A stretch of 64,000 nt of DNA, taken from positions 40,362,001-40,426,000 of the forward strand of contig CM059430.1 in assembly GCA_030390025.1 (NCBI GenBank), given 5' to 3'. The notes under the pieces are model-generated. The model worked only from the letters and a program-made list of their open reading frames with translations, ran no database searches and was not told where the DNA came from. This DNA comes from Squalus acanthias. Taxonomy: Eukaryota. A program made the position numbers and the translations under genes. Of this stretch, positions 37,401-50,992 are shown piece after piece (the first letter of the stretch is position 1; every line of letters starts with the position of its first letter).

Positions 37401-40400
37401 CTTTCACTTTTTATAGATTAAAACAAAATGGGAACACAAATTGAATTACAATTTACAAATAAAATATGGTCTCAGAAGAAACATTTAAGTAATTTTTCAT
37501 CAAATAAAACATTTAGAAATCAGTGGTATAGTTTATTTTAAACAATTTTGCTATTTATCAATATTAACTAATAAAAATATTTCCATGTGCATCTCCTTTA
37601 TGAAATGTCCTGTTGTAACAAATATTTATTAAATATTTACTACTATTGGATGTTTGGAATGTTTGGTACTTTACACAACTCAAGAAGTAATGCCCTTTAA
37701 AGAAATGAAAACTTCACAATCAATACTGAAAAGACACCATTGTGTGTTTCACTGTGTTGCAAATATATTGGCTATGGGATCAAACTATTTTTCAACACAC
37801 TATTTAATAAATATATATATTTATTGAACTATCTGAATTATAAAATTTGGTAAGAAATGATTAAACACAAAGTTGATGACAGTTCAAAAGGTGTTAGAAG
37901 ACAAGACACATTCCAATGAAAAGCCAAACATTTAATGTAAAATGATAGTTCTTCTAGTTACTTATTTTTGTTGTCATTTCTAACAAATTAGGTACTTCTT
38001 ATTTTTATGTAAACTGCAAAGATTCCACCAAACTGACACTATTCAATTATATATTTGAAACTACACTTGAGATGTATGACAAATCTGCGGTGGTTTGCTG
38101 GTTTATGAGCGAAGCTCAAGTATGAAATAATTCCGGCATTCAGCTGAAAATATGGGTGCATCAGAATGAACACTAGATGGGGTACCAGTTGCAACAGCTA
38201 AGTGGGAAAAAAACTTCGGTACTACTGTCCTACTCTCACGTAAAGTATTTCTGCTTTAGGCTACATACAAGCGTTGGCTGCATAAACATTGGCAATGTGA
38301 CAAGAAACTAAATCCCTGTTGTAGGTAAGGTAAAACTGTGCCGTGGGAACTACCCGTCAATCACCTCATCAGGGGTCTGGCATTTAAGGGGAAAGGGGAA
38401 AAGGGTTAGTGGTTCATGTAGTACTGATAAGGTTAAAGCTGAAATAAACTGCTGAGATCCTGCTAGGCTGGCTGTGGGACTGACTTCTGGGGTCAATTCA
38501 AAGGTACTGAAGTACATCTTATGTTATGAACTCTTGTCACCTTAGGATGGAGGGAGGCCGGCAAAGGTTAAAACAGCAGAACACTAAAGTACTTCGCAGC
38601 TCCCACCATTAAGAATCGCGCAAGATACAGCCATTTACTACAGTACCAGGATAAGTACAGAAAGTGCCACAAGTACCTTTACAACAAAGGGCCAGTAAAA
38701 TCATTTATCCAACTCTTCAAGTTTCCCACTAAGCTGTATATCCAAGAATGCATAGAATATCCTATAGGCTCACCACTGTGCAGCGATAAAACACTTGATT
38801 CATCAATAGTGCCAAGAACTCAACACTGCCAACTCCAAATGTCTTAAAAATAATTGTACACTAACCAATCCCATTAAAAATATTAATAATATTTTTGGAA
38901 TCTTCCGTTTTGATCACGTTACTAAGAACAATGCATACTTATTGCAAACTGAGTTGCCACATGACAGTGCAAAAAGCTCACATTTATATTCATGTATCAA
39001 TGAAGCCTATTGCATTACACATGCAATACAAGGTCAGTCCACACTGGAAATAAGCTAAAAAGAAATCTTGACAAACGCATTTTGCATCCATAAGATGTTT
39101 GTGCAGTTTATGTAACAAGAGAACAAGCTACAAAAATGGACTAAATCGTTTTGGTTTAATCCAAAGTTCGTCTAAAAAGTTCAAACCAAAATTTAAAAAT
39201 ATAACCCATTAGGGTAACTTACTGAAACAATAATAATGAACTTGCTCTTTTAAAAAACAGACTTCTTTCTTCAAATCACACTGGATCCAAATTATTGTTG
39301 CCTGTGCAGCCCTTGGAGTGAAATTCTAGTAAAATCGCCTTCTGTTGTGCAACTCTACTATGAAGCAAGATACAGGGCCACTTTGGTCCCAGACCCAGTA
39401 ATAACAAAGCTCGAGAAAGGTTTCTAGTGTGTAATCCATTCCGTTTTAATGGCCAAGGTACCATAAATAAACAAACCAAAGCAACTTTTTGATAAGACGT
39501 CTTATTTTCAATCAGCATTTACTCGAAAGATTTCGCGTTGACGCGCTTTTTAAAAAAAAATCACAAATGATTTGAGCTGCTGGTCACGGACCGCTGATGC
39601 AGTTCACATTTGCAAATATTTGAGAACAAAAAAAAAATCCTAAAACTAAATTATCCATAAAACCTCTTCATTTTTGATATCGGTAAATTACAGCACTTAC
39701 CACTTCAAAAGAATCTGAAATGCTCGAGAAGTTCCAATACACTCAGTGCAAGACCTCAAAATACATTTTGTTTACACCTGTAAAACTATATGAATCCACT
39801 GCAGCAAATCTATCCTTATTCAGCCTACATTCCACAAGTCTAAAACAGTATAGCTGACTTTCCACTATCTCAACGCTAAGTGTATAAAGGATATGTGAAG
39901 TCTCCACTTACTCCTCAATTAATGACAAACTACAATAGACTAATATGAATTTGAAAGGTTTGAGGGAAAGTATTTACAGTCTCTGCAATACTAACTGGCT
40001 TTAAACAATGATAATTTTGTGGAAAAGCGAAGATACATACCTATGTTCAAGCAGTTTTGTTGTGATAGCAGTGTTTAATGAATAACCCTGGTTGAGTGGT
40101 GTTGGGCTGGTTTAATAGTAAATCTCTGGCTGATCCAGGAGGCTGAGCGCGCTGTGTGCTCTATTCACAGATCAGGATGAGTCACACACATCCGAACTGG
40201 CACGTCAGCTCCTGCAAATTCCCTAATAGTGCAATTTGTTGTTTTTTTGTAACAGGGTGAGCGATCGTGGAGTTTGCATAGCGGACGTGAGTTAGCGTCC
40301 AAAAATCGTCCTAAAGTATCTGGAAACAAAGTCAAAGGTGCTTCCTAACCCCGGGGCTACGAAATACAACCAGTCTCCTCCGAAACGACGGGAATGGCAA

Positions 40401-41582
40401 TAGCGAACAAAATCATTTTCTACTTATCTGATTTTTACAGCCCGGCCTTTTCTTTCTAGTGAAAAAACCAGATAATAAATATTTAGCAACTCAACTCTGT
40501 ACAAAATATACAGTAAGTTAATGCTCGTATTTCAAACAAATCTTCTAAAGCTTCACATTTCTCCGCAATATGAATTATCCTTCAAGAAGGATTGAGGAAA
40601 TGAGAGTTTCATAAGTTACTGCGTCAAATAATTATTTTCAGGATCGTCTGAACCTCAAGAATGGCTCGTACTCAAAAGAGATTCTGCACTTCAGAAAAAC
40701 ACAAGGCTGGGGCTTTGCAAACAGAATGTTGACAGACTAAGCATTCATGTGTAGAACTTTCTCGCAGAGACTACGACGTTTCTGTGAAAAATGCAGCAAA
40801 CTACCCGATGTTCTGTAAAACACCAAAGAAACAACGGGGTCACGTCCGCGTATATCTTTCAAAATGTTAATTGCCTGAAGCTTACAGCAAATGGTCTTTA
40901 TTTTTTTTTATCCTCGCTCCTTTTTTTAACCACTTTCTGGGGGAGTTCCTTCACTTTTTAATCCATAAAGTCACGCAGATTCGCGTTGTGGCTCTGCCTT
41001 GCATACCCACAGTACCCGGGCGAACTTTTTTTTCCTAAACGAGGTGTTCGGCTCCCAGTGACTGAAGTCATATTGGGACACACACAGCGCTGCCATCATT
41101 ACAGTCAAGTTATTTTTAAACCTAGCCTACGGTTGCGGGCTCCTTTCCATCAAAACATTCAGCGTTATTTCAGCTGAATACTGCCTTTTAAATCCACCAG
41201 CGAGCCTAGAGGGAGACTTTGGAAGACGTGATACTTCGATTCCACATGTGCTGCGCTGGACCAGCCTCATTCCACGCTCTCGCAAAGGTACGGAATTAAA
41301 CTTTCTTTTTTTTGGGGGGGGGGGGGGGAGAGGGAAAAGAGAAAAGAAAATGCAACGGAAGGCTCAGTCACTCTTTAAGTGTTGTTTTTTTTTTGCATCT
41401 CTGCTCATCTCTTTGCATATCAGTATGGTTGAGAGCACATCGTGACTTCTGTAGAATTAGTAGCAGAGCCTCCAAACAAGAGCCAACGTGTTAATTACTA
41501 AATCGTGTTAATTTCAAGCCTTCTAACTCCAGAAATCTCCCCTTTTCAAACTTTGGATAATTTTACTCACAATCAGACTCAC

Positions 41583-41655
41583 CATTCTCTGCGGATAATG
41601 CTATATCCTGGTCCGACTTGATGTGTTGCGGCTTCGCCTGCTTCCGACGCGACAT
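41583..41655 (-). CDS. SALL1: Sal-like protein 1, coding exon 1 (NuRD-interaction motif)
   Basis: Kozak ACCACCATG, MSRRKQAKPQHIKSDQDIALSAEN, donor ATG|GTGAGT. Its 73 nt (phase 1) fits exon 2. Confidence 0.95.
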
Positions 41656-41699
41656 GGTGGTTGATACATCAGCAAGCGAATAAAAAATTACAAATTCTG

Positions 41700-42030
41700 G
41701 AGTTGCAAAATTACGGAAATTGACCCTGCCGCCTTCAGTGCGCATGTGTGGGGTATAATTATGATTATCAATAATGCATTGCGATTAATCATCCGCTTCT
41801 TGAAAGCCGATTGGCACGTTTCCAGGCGCGGCTTAAAGACTATTCAAATTACTCGACTTAATCAATTAGCTTGTGATTTGCTGGCGCGCTCTGGCTCCGG
41901 GTCCTGTTCTCCGGGCTCTCGCCCAATGAGTGGCTGCGCGTCAATGTGTGAGCGCGGGGCCCCGGCACCTGGATACCGCAGTCCTTAGCAACACGCTCAC
42001 AGCCAGATTGCCTTTGCACGCGCCTCGTTG
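41700..42030 (-). promoter_or_regulatory. SALL1 proximal promoter / 5' UTR region
   Basis: CpG-rich, CCAAT boxes (~41810, ~41923) and a TAAT/ATTA-dense block at 41755-41792 immediately upstream of exon 1. Confidence 0.65.
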
Positions 42031-45000
42031 CTAGGGCTAGTTTAAGACTGTAGTAGTCCTCTCAATTTTTTTTGCCAATTGCATTTATATTAAATGCACT
42101 TAGTGCACATCGCTGCTACCAATTCGCTTTCCTTTCTATTGTTGCATTTAAAATACATGGGGATGGGGAGGTGAATGATTTGGGTTTTTTTTTAAAAGAA
42201 TTGCAATTGACAAGTCTCAGTACCGAGCTAGTTGTTACTTTCCATAAGTGTAACTGGCTGAAAGTCGGCAGCATCGGGACTAAATGGCTGATCACACTGC
42301 CAAGGCGAGACATGTGCATGCCTGCGGAAGGATGTGGCGTTTGTTTGTTATTTCACAACATGCCGCGAAACTCGGGACCGATCCAACGGTTCATCGCCAG
42401 ATTCATAGACAGTCGAAACTGGCACTAGCAACACATTCATTTTCGGGGATCGTACATGGGCTCGATTGGACTCTGATCTTTTTGTTACGTGTTTGTGGTG
42501 TGCTTCGGTTTGCTTTAAGTTAGAATAAACTGATTGGTATTCCCCTTTTTGCTAAACAAATATAACTTTAATATTTAAAGTCTCTCATACAGAATTTTTT
42601 TAAAAAAACTTATTTTTGAACTGGCGCTGACTTCTATCCAAAGTTTGAAGTTAACACTTCTAAGAAGCTTGATCCTGCCCCGAAGTTCCGCCTGCACACC
42701 GGGGCCACGATGTCCTTCGCTTTCCGCATTGGCTACTCGCAGTCAGTGACGATCGCCACAAGATGCGCCAGTTATTGGCACTCCGAACTGTCAGTCAGGG
42801 GTCGCTTAGGTAGTCGTTGGTTACTTGAGCTTTCAGTCGTGCAATCCCGCGATTACTATCAATTCTGTTATGTTTGCAGTGGAGACGGCGTCGCCATGGC
42901 TAAAACTTACTAGCTTAGGGAGTTCAGCTACTGACGATCACTTTTTAACGAAACGTGCCTTCTACCTGTAATTATAACGGGGGTGGGGGGGGGGGGGAGG
43001 TTGACGAACACGTTCTACTGCTGGAATATCTAACACAAATTGTGCGATCGCATGAACGAAATGATACATTCACACGAGTGAAGATGTGTAAGGCTGCAAC
43101 AAAGTAAATTATTGATCAGTGCGAGACATCAATGGACCTTTTGGAATTTCTTACACAGTAATTTATACCAATTAGTGCCTTGGATACGTTGGCGGTGGAT
43201 TATGCCTATGTCAAATATCTATATTGTTCTAATAATGTTCACATAATACACAGTTACCTATTTTAAAATCACAACCATACGATTTAAATATTTCCCCTTT
43301 AATTTGTTTTTCACCCATTTGTTTAAATTAAATACTGTACTAGGAGTAATAAAATCGACTTTTCAACAGCCGCCTCCAAACCTTCGATGTTGTGTTTTCT
43401 GTTCCCCCACCTTGAGTATTTGATGAAATGAGCCAAATAAGACCCGATATTGCGAAATCATCGTTAACCGAGCAGCATCAACAGCATTCAATACTGAGAA
43501 AACTTTCAGAGGCTCTTGTCTATTTTGTTGGTGTATCGCATCCAACTCGTAAGGGACTGATAATTTTTTTAAATTTCTAAATGCAACGTGCTAAGATGTG
43601 AGTTTTATGAATTAAACAAATTACTAAAATGTATATAACACGGAAACCTTGCATTATTAACAAGATTGAGAATCGAAACGAAACTATATGTTTCCAGTAT
43701 TATCGTTCCATTGATTACCGAAATAAATTGTTTGACTCTGGATAAATCTTGCTTGATAATATAAAGATTATATAAATATTATGAAAGAAATGCCGGTAAA
43801 AGTAGCACGAAAAAGAACACACGGCAAATGCTTTGCGATTTTAAAGAAATGACAATTTTGAATAATTAATTACATTTCTTAACTTGTTTAAAATAACGTC
43901 ATTTTTTAAACAAATCTTTCAGCCGTGGTTATTTCTTCCTTAATAAGACGATTTTTCTGTAACGTTTGTAGAGTTCATTTTACTGGAAAGACAAACGAAG
44001 CTATCATGTGGAGATGATTTTGAAGAATGAAGATAATAATGTGGTTAGGTGCTTCTTGAGTTGCCATTATTTTTCACGGAATATTTAACTAGGCACTTGG
44101 TCAGTGATGGATACTCAAGAGTTCCTGCTTCCATTTTTAAACACATCATCCTCCAAGCCATGCGATAAAATATTTGTTTAATATTTCCATATGCGTTTTA
44201 AAATTAGATATGTTAATAAAGTCTTATATCAATATTTATGTAACCTACTACAAACTAGTACTGTAGTTTGACTTGTAATACACCGGTGATAAACTGTACT
44301 GGTTCTAATATTTTAAGGCTCCGAGTTAGCAAAATCAATTTCGAGTTAATTGATCTAAGTGTGTGGATGCGACTGTAAACAGGGTATGATCTGCAGTCCA
44401 CTCATGTGAAAGACGACCTAAATTAGATTCTTCTGGGCTAGATTATTAAACCTTGCAATCTAAATACAAGTGAGTTTCACAATACTCACTGGAATTTAAA
44501 ACTTACACGAAAAAAAACACCCCAAATAAAAAAATCTACCAAGCTATAGTTTTTAATCTAAAGCAGATAATTTGTTCTAAATGACTTTTATTTGTTGTAA
44601 TAATAGTCTAGAAGGAAAACAGTTTTATTTTTGACTTAGAGTTTTGGTGACTTTGGCAATCATAATGGTGAACAAATAGATACATGTATTTCATATTTTA
44701 ACACATAAGTAAACTGCACTAAAATAATAACCGCAAACATTGTAGTTTGATCGGTTCTTTAAGGTGATAAGCAGGTTTAGAAAAAAACCCGACTGGGTTA
44801 GAAGGATTTTTAAGAAATAATACAATCCTGTAGTTTTCCCCGGTAAAAACACATGTAAGTTATTTAGTCAAGACAGATATTTTGTCTGCATTGTTGTTTG
44901 TGATGAAAAAAAAAACCTGGGACTGTTCTAAGTCTGATCGATGGCTATCTCTCCGATTTCTGATGTTTAAGAGCCAGGATGTCCAGTATGGTCTGACGGG

Positions 45001-48000
45001 GGCACTACAACGTGGAACATCAGCCATCACCCCAAATACTGATTTATTTACTAATAATCGATACAAGGAGGGGAACACAATTGAATCACCCTCGATTATT
45101 GCTGACATAGCATAATTGATCATTGTTCATGAACAGAGGTTCTCACCACATAATTGAATCATCAGCAATATGGGTCAGCCAAGGGCGCCAACTTAATACA
45201 GTAGTAGCCAAAAAATGATGCTGGTTTCTCAGAATGTCCAGAGGGTGTAAGGGGCGAATCTAGTGAAAACTGCTAACCTTGTAACCAGATGAGGTGAAAC
45301 ATTTTAACTCGATTTGTTTCTTAACACATTTGATGGCTTTTGTTTGACCTGTTTGTCAGCAACCCACTAGTGCTGTCCTTTTAACACTTATTGATAGACA
45401 TACTTTAAGATGATTAACTACAGATTTACAGTTGACAACCCACCTGTGGAAGAGATAAACGCATTCACCTTTATGGAAGCGTTACGTTATATTTTAGATG
45501 ACAGCTTGTCAGCATTTATAAATGCATATGTTAATTGAAAACGGACCACAAAACGCAAGCAGTCCACATTTCGTATTGTTTGTGGCCAGCGATCCAAATG
45601 CAGCTGCCTTGCGTGCATTTTGAGCTTTTAATCTTTTGGCTATAAACAGCAAATATGTTTCATTTTTTTTGCGTGTGTGGAAATGACAGCGAAAGCGTAC
45701 ACATGAAATAGTAATCAGGGGTCAAAGCATTTCAAACGTTTTATTTGTTGCAGTCTTGGGCACAAGATGTTTATCTACAGCCACCAGACACACATCCAGG
45801 ACAGAGGACCTTAATTCTGTCTGAGACAGGCTGTTATTGTTATTGATAGTTAGCATCAACGTCCAGGGTGAGAAATGGAGCCGCTGCAGGGAACTTCATG
45901 CAAGACATGGTATTGATCTACTGGTCCCTTACCTCCCTGAAGCTAGATGGAAAGAACAGGAGAAACTTGCCATCTCACACGTTTTATTCAGTTTCTATAC
46001 CAACTATTATCAGTTTGGGAGCATATTGACAATGACAGAAGGCGATCCTTGGCTATTCAGCACATCCATAAACCAGACTGAGGGAGGGGAAAAAACATAT
46101 AGTGTATAAAGACAAATGGTACATTGAAGTGCAGCGGGATCGTCGACGAACACATTCTCTTGTCAATGAAGACCCACGTAGGGGGAATAAAGAATTAATC
46201 AGATTACACATACCTAACTCAGCTGCGATCGATTGCCCAACTAAATCTGCCACCGAAGTGTAAGCATTGTTTGATTGGCTTACCTAAACTTAAATCCAAC
46301 CACAAAAAAAAAGTGAATTTCAGAGTTGTCGATTTCATATTATCGACCTATCACTAACTCTGACAACTTGCCCAAGTATGCACAGCGATTCTCTGCATTT
46401 TTATTTCCCTCCACAAGACCATCACAATTACTGCAGCTCAGTTCCAAGGCCTATCAGTTATTGGTTCAGCAATATAGTTTGTATATGTTTCTGAAACTAT
46501 TTATCGGCTAATATAAGAATCTTCGTATAATGAAAGAAAATATTTGTTTTGTAGGCCATTCCTATTTCTGTCTGAACACATTTGTAACGGCTGTCTGCTC
46601 CTGTCAGTATAAATACTGGTTTTGGTTAAGTGTTTTACCACATGGGGTCATTTAGAAAGTTACTTCTGAGATTTTAATAATAAAATATGAAACCACAAAA
46701 CATTCATATCTAAACACACGCATCTTACCTTAACTATCCAAAAATAAGGGGTAGGTTAAACATCATTATTCAAAAATAATAACAATTATAATAAGGCAGC
46801 ATCAACATTTTGACTGTAGAACAACGTGCATTTTTTGTTTATTTTCTAACCTCGTTTTATACCAATGCAAACAAACTTTGTGAAACGTGACGCTGAGTAA
46901 ATTTCGTTGCAAGTTGCAACTAGTTACTTTAACAAAGCTCCAAAGACGATCTTCTTCGAGCGGTGAAATTCAAACACTTAGCGATTTTCGTGACGTGCAG
47001 CTATTTCATACATCGTCTATATATAATTAAATCCGTTCTTTGAAATAAACACATTTGGGAACAATGGGCAGTAATATATAAAATAGGAAAGAAAATCCCT
47101 TAATTGCTTTTAGATTATATTAATTAAGTTAAAATTAATAAATGAAATTAAGTGAGAAGAGAAAATTCAAACTCTGAAGTTTGTAGAATCGTCAGCGCCT
47201 TAAAAAAAATCTGCCGCTTTAACCCACTTAATTCTCTTCCTCATGCGTCACCTTATTTCCTACATTAGCATCATTGCCACTTATATAACGTCGCGGAACA
47301 AGATCCAAATGTAGAGAAGTCATTTAAGATTTCCGGACCCCATTTCACTGTAACTATGTAATTAGAATAAATTCAGATCTAAAACTGAAATGTCTCGCAG
47401 TTATATTCCTACCACCTACTGTACAGAAAAACAAATGCCCTGAGAGAAACACTATACCTGGCATCTCCCTCTCAGATGTACCAGCGCCTCTGCACTGTAA
47501 AGTGCTTAAGAGGACTAGAGTACAAGATAGAGCCTATCCTGAGGATTTTAAAGATGTAAAATAAATATTAAATATGCAGGTAATGATTATTGTCCACTGT
47601 CATGTCATCATCAGTGAGATACTAGCTGTAATTCTAAACCATACTAGCTGTGTTAATGGGTTAATTGTATCATTCATCTGAAAGCACAAAGACCTTCCAT
47701 AACTGAAAAACCACACATAAACACACAATCTGTTGATTTTGGACAAAGAGAAATTTGGATGCTGTGATGATTTCTGTGAGCCTTTACAACACAAATGATT
47801 ATTGTACTTCAAATCTCCAAATGCAAAGCATATCCTCCCCTAGGAAGATTTCATTGCATGCCAGAAGTTGTTCAAACCTCAATGACGTTTGGCTGAATTT
47901 ATCTAGAAACAGTGAATTGTAGCGTTTTGCACACAGTCTTCATTTTTTAACTGTCTGAAATACACGGTGAAGGTATAAGCAGATATGTTCAAGTATTTGT

Positions 48001-49294
48001 ACCATTTCCCCTTGCGTAACTGCCGCACTATATCTTAGACATTTGTTTTATTTTATTTTTATTTAAAACAAAGTTTCTAGGCATTTTGCAGACTTTATTT
48101 TATAATCATAATTTTGGTATTTTCTGAGCCAGTGGAGAAAATAAGGCAATCCCTTAACATATGTTTGTACATCCTTGTATCCATATGTGGAGCTTGAATT
48201 TAATTCCAAATTTTGTCTGGCAAAAAAATGCTGCCCAAATTATTTTTTGTATATTTGGCAAAGGCATGACTCCATAAACGAGGCACCCTCATCCTCCTGC
48301 TACTTTTAGCAACACTTATGCTCAGGATCTTTGAAGAAACGTGTTTTTTTGGGGGGGAGGGAATTGAGACTAATTAAATTGTCCCTGTCATTGGGACGGC
48401 TAGCAGTTAAGGATTAAATAATTTGAAACAAGAGTAGGTGTGAGCTAATGTTTAGAGATAAATGTGGAATGACACAAAAGTGAGGAAAATCTATCATTTG
48501 CACTGAAATAATGCAAAGATCAGCCATAAATAATTAAGATGCTAAGGACAACAAAGGATGATTATTTTAACTGCAGGATTTTCTTTGCAGTTTTATAGCA
48601 TCTGTAAAAAATGAATTTTGCTTATTTCTTTGTGCTGAATAGTGAAATGTGATATGAGATAAATACAGGAAACCAGACAATCTTGATTTAGTCATAATAT
48701 TCCCAGAGCACTTTGGAAAACAATAGCTGTAGATAAATATTTTCTGGATTTGAAATTTTAATATTTCCAGTCCTGACTGCCTTACAGAATAATCTTGTGG
48801 ACGCAGTGATGGAGAGGGAGTGAAATAGCATCATTTATTAATGATTTGTATTATTCCTACAACTTATGATAATACTATGTAGATTTCTTTCAAGCAAACT
48901 TCTTTACAGTTACATCTGCAACAAACACCCTGGAGCTCCAAAGCACCATTCATTCTATGCGCTCTGCAATTGAAAATTCAGTTCCGAGGCTCTGCTCCAG
49001 CCTGTTGAGACTGTTCTGAGTACCAAGTTTGATTCCCATATCCAGTTTGAGGGAGTCCCACACTGATTTATGAGTTTGCATTTCAACCTTACCAGCCACC
49101 CCACCCTCTTTCCTCCAGCTATGATCTTGCATCCCTCACTGGCACCATGAAAAGTTCTTTGAGGCTTTACTTCTCCCACTTCTTTAAGCCAGAAAAGAAA
49201 GTTGAACATATTAAAAATGTAGAGTAAAGCAACAAGATGATGGAGTTAATGTTTGTTAAAAATCAGTTTAAAGACTATGTCTATGTGGGGGTCA

Positions 49295-49650
49295 TCCCTG
49301 GCAGCTCAGTGGGGTAAATGCAACCCACCATGTGGTATTGAGTCACACAGCTAGGAAGATTCCAGATTTAAACCCTGATCTATGTTAGGTTATCTTATCT
49401 TGGTCCAGGTAATGGTGGAGGCGGTACACTTTCCAGGCTAAGGATTAGGGGCAAAAAAGCTAGAGTTCTTCCTCATGATCACTGTTCAGTGACCTTATTT
49501 CAAAGTACATATGTGTGAATGTCAAGCGAGGGCAGGATTGGGTATGGTGGTAATTCTTCGCCCATGGGTTAAATAGTTCGCTGACACTGACTGTTGACGC
49601 TCATACATGACTACGTGGGTGAGGTATCAGAGGGTTGCTGGCACCTAATA
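49295..49650 (+). mobile_element. Old tRNA-head SINE
   Basis: GGCAGCTCAGTGG A-box-like head and a body shared loosely with segments at ~51330-51590 (-), ~53410-53650 (+) and ~60440-60780 (+). Confidence 0.5.
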
Positions 49651-50239
49651 AACTGTAGGGGTGCTTCCATGATCTGGCACTCCCAACGGGGAGTGGGGTT
49701 TGCAGGGAGCACACTGCAGGAAATTGCATGCTGCAGGCCCTTTTATCTCAATGATTCTCACCCTAGGGGTGCTACCCCTCCACTGGGAGTGTTAGATTAC
49801 TGAATCACCAGATAGTCCACTGAGTCATGACCTTTAAGAAAGGATACAGAGTGTGTGTGTATGGAGAGGAATTGGTGGGTGCGGGGAGGGGGGTGGGGAG
49901 AGACGGGCAGTAGAATACAGTTTGCGGTTGTATTTATGCTTACATTTACAGAGAAATATAGGTGCAAATCACACAATAAAGTGGTGATATTAAATAAATG
50001 AATTAAAATCAGGACATTAAACAGTCCCAAAACTATTTATCAGAATTTAGGGCAAAACTGACAAAACTGTGACAGTCCCAACCACACTAGGCATTCTAGT
50101 CACCTTATTCAAAGCTGAACAGAGCAGCTTTGTTTCGCTCCTATTGATAATCCTCAGCAGTTCGCAGGTTGTTTTTACTCCTTCAAGTCACCTCCAATTT
50201 TTCCTGTACTATTTCTAATGTGAGAATGTGGCATACACA

Positions 50240-50992
50240 ATTTCCTCCAATTAAACATTGGGAAGACCGAAGCCATTGCCTTTGCCCCCGCCACAAACTC
50301 CGTTCCCTAGCCACCAATTCCATTCCCCTCCCTAGCCATTATCTCAGACTGAACCAGGCTGTTTGCAGCCTCGGTGTCCTACTTGACCCTGAAATGAGCT
50401 TCCGTCCCCATACCCTCTCCATCTCCAAGACCACCTACTTCCACCTCTGTAATATCGCCCGTCTCCGCTTCTGCCTCAGCCCATTGGCTGCTGAAACTCT
50501 CATTCATGCTTTTGTTACCTCCAGACTTGACTATTCCAATGCTCTCCTCCCATCTTCCACCCTTCATAAACTTAAGCTCATCCTAACTCGCACCAAGTTC
50601 CATTCACCCATCACCCCTGTGCTCTCTGACCTACATTGCCTCCTGGTCCACCAACGCCTCAAATTTAAAATTCTCATCCTTGTGTTCAAATCCCTCCCTA
50701 GCTCCGTAACCCTCTGAGAACTCTGCGTTTTACCTCTTTTGCATCCCTGACTTCCTTTGCCCCACCATTGCCAGGCATGCCTTCAGCTGTCTAGGCCCTA
50801 AGCTCTGGAATTCCCTCCCTAAACCCCTCTGCTTCTCTCTCCTCCTTTAAGACACTCCTACCTCTTTGACCAAGTTTTTGGTCACTTGTCCTAATATCTC
50901 CTTCTATTGCTCTGTGTCAATTTTTGTGTACTGTGAAGCACCTTGGAACATTTTAGTATGTTAAAGGCACTATATAAATGCAAGTTGTTGTT
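50240..50992 (+). mobile_element. L2 LINE 3' fragment
   Basis: SLGVLLDPEMSF..H...YFHLCNIARLR...LIHAFVTSRLDYSNALL...ITPVL.DLH plus the L2 tail. Confidence 0.9.

Noticed and set aside
29436-41655. Assignment as SALL3, SALL4 or SALL2
   Set aside because: Four finger clusters, three coding exons, and linker and C-terminal sequences fit SALL1 best as I recall them. A phylogeny would confirm.
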